In this document: positions 27,781 to 37,282 of the stretch, in pieces | How the letters are laid out: each line of letters starts with the position of its first letter | How positions within the stretch are numbered: the first letter of the stretch is position 1 | Assembly (NCBI GenBank): GCA_964016885.1 | Contig: OZ024743.1 | Coordinates: forward strand, 265,422,001 to 265,486,000 | Source: Eledone cirrhosa | Taxonomy: Eukaryota | DNA: 64,000 nt | Reading direction: 5' to 3' | Made by a program: the position numbers and the translations under genes | Notes under the pieces: model-generated | What the model saw: only the letters and a program-made list of their open reading frames with translations | What the model was told of the DNA's origin: nothing | Databases searched by the model: none

Positions 27781-27806
27781 ATTATTATTATTATTATTAT
27801 TATTAT

Positions 27807-28701
27807 AGTTGCATTTATCTTGCTTTATGTTCATACGAGTTATCACCAAGTCACAAACAGTGACTTCAAGAGACAACAAGGTCCGCCATGTTCAAGAAAG
27901 AACATACATACACACACATGCATCTTTAGGTGTTTAGACTTGTGATGTACTTATATTGACAGAATCTTCCTTAGTATATGGGCTGTTCCCATTAGTACTA
28001 TCTTTTGTATTTCTCCTATACGCGGGCTTCCTGGGATTTGCGATAAGTAATCATTAGACCCCTTAGGTATCATTTCTAGAGCGCCTACAACCACTGGTAT
28101 TGTTTTAGTTCTCAATTTCCACATTTTTCCAATTTCTATCTCCAAGTCCTTATACTTGCTCAATATTTCAAATGCTTTTATAGACACATTCTTGTCTTTG
28201 GAACGGACATATCAATTAGCAGGCATACCCTCTTTTTAAAGTCCTTCAGTATTATATCAGGTCTATTTGCATCTATTTTTCGGTCTTTTTGGATGCTAAA
28301 ATTCCACAAGATTGAGATGTGATCTTTTTCAAGTATGGGAGGTTGTTGATGTTCCCACCAATTCTTATGATGCGGTGGGTCAAAATGCTTACACATTATC
28401 CAATGTATGTATTGTGCAGCTCTGTCATGCCTGTTTAGGTATTCGGTTGGAGCTATAGGACTGCACATTGAAATTATATGATCAATGGTCTCTAGTTGTT
28501 TTTTACATACAGGGCATAATGGGCTGCATCCATTTTTTATTATGTTGGCTTGGTAATTTTTTGTTGGCAGACACTGATCTTGTGCTGATATAATCAGTCT
28601 TTCAGTCTCCGATTTCAGTCCAGAGGATGCCAACCACTGTTGGGTTAAAATGTTGTCAACATCAGGATTGTTAGCTCTTTCTGGGTATTTTCCATACAGA
28701 G
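27807..28701 (-). mobile_element. R4/Dong-clade LINE family B, 3' fragment
   Basis: AQDQ.L.T, CPVC..HIISMC, RHD, NRPD..LLIDMSVP, KYKDL and ILRKILSI* (stop 27951). The 3' UTR ends in an (AAT)n tail shared tail-to-tail with Tx1 copy 3. Confidence 0.9.
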
Positions 28702-28951
28702 GCTGTTCCCAGCAAGCATGCCTTTTAAAGTTTTTCAAAAAGCGTGGCGGGACCAATTTTCTTTAACCATCCCTGGAAACTCTTTGAGATAGTACCTAGT
28801 GCGCCTATGACAATCGGGACCACTTTGACTTCATGGCAGTTCCAAATCCTTTTTACCTCCCACTTTAAGTCCTGGTATCGGTTAATTTTCTCCCTCTCCT
28901 TCTCTTGCACTCTCGTGTCGAATGGGCAGGCCTCATCCACAATCAGGCACG
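28702..28951 (-). mobile_element. R4/Dong family A fragment (D4), 3' end lost
   Basis: REL segment ACPFDTRVQEKEREKINRYQDL, fused directly to family B at ~28701, with (ATT)n at its 5' side. Confidence 0.88.
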
Positions 28952-28958
28952 TATTATT

Positions 28959-29018
<60 letters not shown>

Positions 29019-29027
29019 GTTGTTATT

Positions 29028-30294
29028 CCTTGAATCTCAGTCATTGATGTTGGTTAAATGGAAAGTCCGTTGGATTGAATATCAAGCCACTACCTGCAGC
29101 CTCAGATATTCAGGACGTATCGGAGGGTTCTTGCTGTTCCAAGCAAGCATGCCTTTTGAAGCGTTCCAAAAAGCGTGAAGGGGCCGATTTTCTTTAGCCA
29201 TCCCTGGAAACTTTTGGAGATAGTCCCCAGTGCGCCTATGACAATCGGGATCACTTTGACTTCATGGCAGTTCCAAATCCTTTTCACCTCCCACTTTAGG
29301 TCCTGGTATCGGTTAATTTTCTCCCTCTCCTTCTCTTGCACTCTCGTGTCGAACGGGCAGGCCACATCCACAATCAGACACGATCTTTTTTCTTTGTCCA
29401 CAACCACCAGGTCAGGTCTATTGTGTTCCAGTTTTTTGTCCGTCTGTATCCTAAAATCCCACAGCACCTTCACCTGATTGTTCTCCATCACCGCCTCTGG
29501 CCTATGCTCATACCATTTCTCAGAATGTGGTAAATTGTTTACTTTGCACAGGTGCCAGTGGATCACCCTGCCCATCACATCGTGTCTCCAGCCCTTATAG
29601 TGGGTCTGGGCTAGGTGTTTACACTCGGACACAATGTGAGCCACAGTCTCCTCTCTCTCTCCACAGATCCTGCACAGTGGGCTAGCCTCCTCCTTGTAAA
29701 TATGGTGCTTCAACCACTTCGTTTTGAGGGCCTGCTCCTGCGCAGCCATTAGCATTCCTTCTGTAGCCTTTTTGAGGTCTCCTCTTCTCAACCAGTTCCA
29801 TGTCTGTGGATCTCTAAATTCAGTTTTCTCAAAGAAGGTACTATGAAGGGATTTTCCCTTAAGGCTGCTCTTCCTCCTTGATGTTATTTCCTCCTTGGAC
29901 ATCCCCTGGCCTACTGTCCCCTCCTTCAGTACAGTTCTGAGCATTGGCTCCTTACTATAGGTCACGTATTTGTATAGGTTGCTGTATAGGTTGTTTTTCT
30001 CCATCTGAACACAGTCCTCTATGCTGATAAGACCTCTTCCACCCTCAGATCTCCTTAAGTAGAGTCTATCGACATCACTCCTCTTGTGGAACATGTTGTA
30101 GATAGTCAATAGCTTCCTAGTCTTCCTATCCATTTCTTTTTGTTCAGCAACATTCCATCTCAGAATTCCCGCACTGTACCTAATAATAGACACAGCTCGG
30201 GAATTTACTGCACTTATGGCATTTCTGCTGTTCAGATGTGACTTCAATACGCTCCTTACTCTCCGAATGTATTCAGTTCTTAACAATTCCTTCA

Positions 30295-30298
<4 letters not shown>
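29028..30298 (-). mobile_element. R4/Dong family A, 5'-truncated (D5) with open frame
   Basis: Uninterrupted ORF portion through the CCHC knuckle and REL to YVLNI* (29102), with (ATT)n on both sides. Confidence 0.93.
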
Positions 30299-30340
<42 letters not shown>

Positions 30341-30639
30341 CTTTTCTGTCCATATCAAAGACCTCCACATTTTGTTTTACACGATCTTATGATTTTGTAA
30401 CTGTTATTTCTCAAATCATTCAATCAAGAGAGAATAATGAGCAAACTTCTATGGGTGTCTTAGTTTCTACTGGTCCACAGTCACTGAAACAAAATTTATC
30501 TCACTATGTCTGCCATCACCTTTAGTTATGTGGCATATGTAGAAATGTAAAGGTGTTACAATACTGTGAGTAAAATACAAGCAACATTTGAAGTTGCATA
30601 CGAGAAAGGATAAAGGAACACTGGTGAGGACTTCATAAT

Positions 30640-31230
30640 GGGAAGAACTTATCAGTACTCCGCCAACATACCAAAATAGAACATCGGGGAACACTAGAGA
30701 ACAGAGTAATAAAGACCATGTTCACACACAGAAAAGACGCAGAGCTCCGGCAAATTACAGAAGCGACAAACACAAACGAACTCCAACCAAAATTAAACAG
30801 AAAACCTGAGTGGAATAGCAACGATATCACAACTAGTAATTATGGATAATATAAAGACATACAGAGACACACAAGAACCAAACTAATAAAAGAAACCAGA
30901 CACACAGAGATAAAACAAGTAACCAACTAGTGACAAGTAAATACACGTATAAATAAACACATGCGCGCGCGTATAACGCATGCGCAACTCAAGTTCACAG
31001 CGCACAACACACAAAAGCAAGATGGTGTAGGACGGAACAAACGAGAGACACAAAATGACAAATTAGTCATTGAGGAGGTCACATACTGTGTTACGAAAGA
31101 GCTTTGACAAGAAATGAATAATCATCCGGTTATTAAAGCAACCAACTGGAAATCTGGAACACATTGAAGTGAAAACCAACCGGTGTGTGTTATTTTATTG
31201 GCAGCATCACCCTCTGAAAGTATAACAATA
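30640..31230 (+). mobile_element. Probable Penelope-like element 3' remnant with a degenerate hammerhead
   Basis: LRQITEA..NELQPKLNRKPEW resembles a GIY-YIG C-terminus. The motif gtca-ttgagga-stem-gaaa-gagc-tt-tgac lies at 31066-31108. Confidence 0.45.
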
Positions 31231-31247
31231 TATATATATATATATAT

Positions 31248-31286
<39 letters not shown>

Positions 31287-31387
31287 TACATAGATTTATC
31301 AAAGAATGTATGGTAATATACCAGGTGGACCATAACGTCACAGAGTACTCGATACTTAGGGTAGTATAGTGGGCAAATGTAAAATAA

Positions 31388-31488
31388 TCAGGACCCCGAC
31401 GGCAGAGCTCCGGCCGTTTCGACAGCTAGATCCGAACAGTTCGGATCTAGCTGTCGAAACGGCCGAAGCTCAACCGTCGGATTTCTGA
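31388..31488. repeat. GC-rich palindrome (fold-back)
   Basis: Perfect 27-bp arms at 31411-31437 and 31439-31465 around a single A, with imperfect extension to 101 bp. Confidence 0.95.
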
Positions 31489-32374
31489 CTCTTTTCCTAT
31501 ATATACATATATATATAATATGCAGAAACACACGAGAGAGAGTGTGTGTGTGTTTCTCAATATACAGGGAAAACCACAAGTGTGTGGAATCTATAAGCTA
31601 CGAAAAGTGAGGTAGAGGGATAATAATTAAAAATATAAATCAAAATGAATTTACCCACCTTTATAACTATATATCACACACGTACAAACCCAAAGAGATT
31701 TGTTTCGCCAAAAGATTAGTGAATGGAATGAAAACACCTTGGTTCAACAGCGTGTGGTAAGTGAATACATTCCAGACAACTCTAAGGAAAACTTAAGAAA
31801 ACTGCCTTGCAACACGTGGTAGAGAGAAGTGAATTTATGCAAAAGACAGTAAACTAGTGGCCTGAGTGGAATGAGCGGCTAGAAATCGTAGCCCAAAACC
31901 ACTCGAAGAAGAGTGCTCTACCAAACAGAGAGAGACAGAAAACTGTTATAAGGAGCGATATTTCAAAATATATTAAGTCATAGACTTGCGTTAGTCCCTG
32001 TAAATGATGTGCTCAAATGAAAAGGAATCCTGAGCTCTTCAAATATAATATGTAGAAAACATAACACACGAGAGAGAGAGTGTGTGTCTTTATCAATATA
32101 CAGGGAAAACCACCAGTATATGGAACTTTACGCGAGTCTATGACTAAGTTAATTCATTTATATATATATGATAAACATTTTTTTTTACAAAAACAATATG
32201 AAGAAATTAGGAGGTAGGTGGAGAAGTTAAAACAGCTCAAAAAACATTAATTCAATATAATAAACAGTACAAAAGTCTATGTTTCATACTGCCTCGAAAG
32301 ATTTTTCAAACAAACATGTGTACAAAATCGTAATGTGTTAAAAATAATAATTACGTATGAAGCAAATTATTATT

Positions 32375-32584
32375 TAAAGTAATTACCAAATATATTTATA
32401 CATTAAATATTGATTTATGAACGTCTCTTCCCTTATTGGGTCTTGTCTGTGGGCTGTAGAGCTGTTTGGTGAGACTTATAATGTGGTATCTATTTATAAA
32501 TAACTGATTTTGACAAGTCCAAATAAGGGACGAAACGTTCGTCAATCAATATTTAATGTAAAAACGTATTTGTTAATTACTTTA
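32375..32584. repeat. ~73-bp imperfect inverted repeat containing a degenerate hammerhead motif
   Basis: Arms lie at 32375-32447 and 32512-32584. The motif gatt-ttgacaa-gtcc..ggac-gaaa-cgttcg-tc-aatc lies at 32506-32547. Confidence 0.7.
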
Positions 32585-33738
32585 ATATATATATGTAAAT
32601 CAATGTCACATCTTAAGTGCAAAAGAAGCAACCTCATAATAAGGTGATTAAATATAGTCTTAGTATTTTATTTTGAAATTTCTAATAAAAGGGGAAGGTT
32701 AAGCAGTCATTTCTTTATATGTTTTCTGTGTGTAGAGACTACAGTCATATGTCTGGTTTCCAAGTACAACATCCCATTAAGAATATATTGGAATACCCGA
32801 AGACATTGTCCATGTTGACGTAAATTGGAATCAAACCGAGTGTACATGGTTGCGAAGCAATCTTCTTAAACCATGCCAAGTGCTTGCTCCACTTACAACA
32901 AAGACATATTGATTGTGTGTGTTAGGGTGAAAACATGCAGTACTTTAGTCTAGAATATATTCCCTTGATAGCTCTCTTGGGAAAGCGAAATTATTTTTCT
33001 TCTTTTTTGCTAATGATGGACCACATTGCAAACTATAAGAGTAATAACAAACCGAGCAAAATGTAATTTATACTTAATCTGAATACATTAATCTATTATA
33101 CAACAGATAGTGTTCTTCCTTTTGTTTCTTTAATACATTTTTTCCCTCGTAAAACCGAAACAATGTTTTATGGTTAATGAGTTTATAATTCTTTAGTCGC
33201 TTGGAACGAGTGTTTGCTTTAAATGGATTAATATCATCTAGTTTTATTATCTTTTCTTCTCTCAGTGGCAATTTATTTTCTTACCTTAATTATTTTTCTA
33301 CAGTTTCTGATTCCTCCTTGAAATTTCTGCCAAGTACTTTGATGAGATCAGATTCAAACAGTTTACAATATCGACTTCTGATTGCTTGCTACGATAAATA
33401 AAGAGGAGAATGGAAGAGAAAAACGAATTCAGTTGAAGTATGAAGGCGGGGAAATAGAGAGAGAGGGGGGAGAGATACAGACAGAGAGAGAGAGATAGTG
33501 ACAGAAAAAGAGTGAGAGAGGGAAAAAGAGGGGGAGAGAGAAAGAGATAAGGGGAGGCTACAATTACACAATAGTGTATTATTTGCTATTATGGATTCGA
33601 TTTTCTATGATTGAATCGGAACGCTGCGTGAAATTACTTAAATGTTACACTTTTGTCTGACAGTTTAAGATGCAAATGATCAGTGAAATTCATTCATCAA
33701 TATTTGTGTTAGCTTCGTTCTGTATTGAAATATAGTTG

Positions 33739-33816
<78 letters not shown>

Positions 33817-33929
33817 TTATGTGTGTGTGTGTGTGTGTGTGTTTATGTGTGTGTGTGTGTGTGTTTATGTGTGTGTCTATATGTGTGTGTGTGTGTATAT
33901 ATGTGTGTGTGTGGGTATATGTATGTATA

Positions 33930-33973
<44 letters not shown>

Positions 33974-34109
33974 TATAATATAGATATAAACACATATATA
34001 TAGTATAACAAAGTTCTTTCGTTGCATATCTGCAGCATCATCAGTGGTACTATTATGTTCCTCCTGTTGCATTGTATGTTTACTCCATTATCTATGTACA
34101 GCAAAGAGT

Positions 34110-34471
34110 TACGGCCTTTATGGTCTGAGTTCAAATTCCGCCGAGGTTAACTTTGCCTTTCATCCTTACGGGGTCGATAAAATAAAGTACCAGTAATGTA
34201 CTGGTTTATTGCTGGCCTTGTGCCAAAATTAAAAACAATTATTTGAAGTGGATTGGCAGTATCGGTAGAGGGTCGGACGCCGTGCTTTCTAGCATAGTTA
34301 CGTCCCTTTACGATCTGAGTTCAAATCCCGCCGAGTTTGACTTTGCCTTTCATCCTTACGGGGTCGATAAAATAAAGTACCAGTAATACACTGGTTATTT
34401 GCTGGCTCAGGTGAGATTTTGAAGATGTCCAGTTATTTCAGAATCCATGAGTGCGGTATGCTGTCAAAGGC
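34110..34471 (+). mobile_element. Tandem SINE units plus a 65-bp R4 RT fragment (duplicate of 17859-18183)
   Basis: Colinear high-identity match that includes the junction ctggctc|aggtga..tttgaagatgtcc. Confidence 0.8.
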
Positions 34472-34481
34472 GAATCAGCGA

Positions 34482-34886
34482 TCTCTCTCTATAATTCTTA
34501 GTCTTTCTCTTTTTAGATAGATACATACATATAATGTCGCGCCCTTATGATATCCGTCTGTATGTCTAGCTGTCTGCATTACGTCACTTTCTACAATTCG
34601 CTCTGCTTCCAGAACGCGCCCTTATAATATATGTCTGTATGTCTGGCTGTCTGATGCCTCAGGTTATTCTGCCAACCTTGCTCTAGACAAATCTCAAACT
34701 CATTCCCCAAACAGTTGGTAAGTGCACACAACTTCTTCCTCACGTTTTAAGCCACAGTGCTGCTTACTTACGTACAACCAGACCCTTACTTCTTTGCCAG
34801 CCGTGGTTGTGGCAATACTAAACTTAGAAAAGGCGGTTATATATTTCACAATACTTATCATGTGCAACGCCGGGTACCACTGCTAG
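34482..34886 (+). mobile_element. Non-autonomous Helitron-like element
   Basis: A|TC start, 3' gcaacgccgggt half-hairpin then CTAG|T, and no TSD. The 3' end is similar to 61365-61394. Confidence 0.65.
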
Positions 34887-34899
34887 TATATATATATAT

Positions 34900-35990
34900 A
34901 AGGAAAAAAGATATTATCGAAATGCAACTGGAGTCTTTTTAAAAATATTTATTTGGTTCCTTTACCGGTTTGGCAGTTCTTGTGCTTTTCAAAAGTAGAA
35001 TTGATGTGGAGGGTTTGTGGTTTTTCTCGCATCTGGTTGGTGTTCGAATGTTACTTCTGTTTTATATGGAAAAGGGTGGCTGGAAATGGTAGATTTTTAG
35101 AAAAGTAATTTTGCTGGTTGATGACTATCATGTGAATAAGTATAATAAATTAAGCGCCAGTTCGCGTTACAGTTCTTATTATATTTGCATTTTAAAAAAG
35201 GGGTGGGGATCAGATTGTTTTTTCATATATGACTTAAATTTGGTTGGTTGATATAGTTACTTGAATAAGCACATCAACTTTCGCGCCAGTTTGTGTTTGA
35301 TTTTCTTTTTACTTAAAAAAAGTGGCTCATTTATAACCAATCAAATGTAATTTGATTGGTTATAAATGAAATTATGACTGTTACGTGAACAAACGGGAGC
35401 ATCCAAACCTAATTGTATGTCCCTCAAATGCTCAGCAAAACGGTCCGCTAAACGGCGTCAAGTTTGTCCGCTGTATAAGAACCCGCAAAGAGAACACCGG
35501 AGGGCATAGACAACGTGGGTGGAGGTGCAGGTGAAGGAGTGACGAATACGGAATGACACTTTAGGGCCTATGGGAGTGGTGGGCGTGGAAATTAAAGTAC
35601 AAGTCTTGCAGCGGGGACGAGAACAAGGATGAGTGCCAGGGGGAGTCGTAATGGTGGACGAGAAGGAATTACGTACCAGGATGTCCCCAAGTTTACGGGC
35701 GCGCTTATATGCTGTAATAGGTGGGTTAGGAAAAAAGTGATGGGGTCAGAAGAGAGAGTGCGGAAGGAATGGTGGATATGTCGCCGGTGTGGTAGGATGA
35801 TGAGGTGTTAGGTGAGAGGGAAATTAAGTGGGGTGTTTGGAGAGTTCTGGTGAGGTGAGAGCGCTGTGGAACGGTCGTTTTCATGTGCGCGGGTGAGAGC
35901 AGCTTGAATCAGGGTAGGGGGATATCAACGCTAGATGAAACGGGAAGCCATGTGAAAGGATAGGGTTTTGAAATCATCTCTCCTGGCGAC
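34900..35990 (-). mobile_element. Penelope-like element remnant, Neptune-type
   Basis: The minus strand reads MASRFI..YPPTLIQAAL, the PCSRPRCKTC linker, and HSFTCTSTHVVYALRCSLCGFLYSGQT*RRLADRFAEHLRDI (GIY-YIG). Confidence 0.8.
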
Positions 35991-36185
35991 AGAGCCGACG
36001 AAGACGGAGGAATTGGAAGTAGGGTATGGATTGTTTGGTGTGGGTTGGATGGGAGGATGTGAAGTCGGGGTAAGAGTGGGAGTCGGTCGGTTTAGTATAT
36101 ATATATATATATACATATATATGTGTGTATGTGTGTGTGTGTGTGTGTGTGTGTATTCGTGTGTATATATATATGTGTGTGTGTG

Positions 36186-36310
36186 AAGGCGCGTGGCTGA
36201 GTGGTTAGAAAATTGGATTAGCAATCGATCGTGAGGTTGTGAGTTCGTTACCCGGACCGGTTGATGCGTTATGTCCTTGGACAAGGCACTTTATTTCACA
36301 CTGCTCCTTC
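36186..36310 (+). mobile_element. tRNA-derived SINE head
   Basis: A box tggctgagtgg and B box gagttcgttacc, followed by the tgtccttggacaaggcacttt SINE core-like motif. Confidence 0.7.
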
Positions 36311-36431
36311 TACCTGGAGTTGCGACCGATAGAGAGTATTAGCAATTAGAAAGACTAATGGAAGCATTCCTGCCTCGGTCCGATTTGACGAAAGTCGATC
36401 GACTGTCGATATATGAGTGTATGTATTTATA

Positions 36432-36521
<90 letters not shown>

Positions 36522-36593
36522 TAATCTATAATATTTATATATATGTATATCCGAAATTAATAAATGGAAACTATATTTATAAAACCATATTTA

Positions 36594-36654
36594 TTTCATT
36601 ATACATATTTCAGGGATACCATATTAAATTATGGTATGCCTTCATCAGACAAAA
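36594..36654 (-). ncRNA. Type I minimal hammerhead ribozyme motif
   Basis: The minus strand reads ttttgt-CTGATGA-aggcatacca..tggtatccct-GAAA-tatgta-TA-atgaaa, in a short unique island between TA arrays. Stem I relies on G.U pairs. Confidence 0.6.
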
Positions 36655-36829
36655 TACAATATATAACAGTTTTACAAATAGCTTTGACGTACCATTTAAA
36701 ATACAACCATTACTTTCGGAGGCTGTCTGGATAGTGAATTGTTTATATTGTTTTAATAAGTCATAGTGTTAAGCACAATTAGAAAAAGACGGAGATAAAG
36801 AAAACGAAAAAGAAAAAGAAAAAAGACGG

Positions 36830-36877
<48 letters not shown>

Positions 36878-37140
36878 TGTATATATATTTGTATATATAT
36901 ATATATATATGTGTGTGTATATATATGTGTGGGTGTATATATATATATGTATGTATTCTATATATATATATGTGTGGGTGTATATATATATGTATATATA
37001 TATATACATATATTTATTTTACTCCTTTTATTTTACTCCTTCTATTTTACTCTTTAAACTCCTCCCAACTTATGGTATCCCCACATATATTCTTCTGTTT
37101 TGGCTTTGTCAATGCTTGTATACTATGTATTTACTCTTTA

Positions 37141-37186
37141 TGCTCTGAAGAGTCCCACTTCTAGTGTGGACGAAACACTGTTAGCA
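37141..37186 (+). ncRNA. Type I minimal hammerhead ribozyme motif
   Basis: tgct-CTGAAGA-gtcc(cac..gtg)ggac-GAAA-cactg-TT-agca: intact core with three stems. Confidence 0.78.
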
Positions 37187-37249
37187 ATTAAAGATATACC
37201 TACGTTCTAAGCGCTCTTTGTTGTTATTTGTATATTTATGTATGTATTC

Positions 37250-37282
<33 letters not shown>

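Noticed and set aside
18119-28701. R4 5' half and family B 3' end as one split element
   Set aside because: On the minus strand the 3' piece lies upstream of the 5' piece, so they must be separate copies.
31864-31905. SECIS-like hairpin (ATGA..AAA)
   Set aside because: The helix is too short, there is no 3' GA of the quartet and no associated selenoprotein ORF.
36186-36262. tRNA gene
   Set aside because: A and B boxes are present, but there is no complete cloverleaf and it continues into a SINE core. Weaker heads near 2370-2440 and 32820-32890 were rejected for the same reason.
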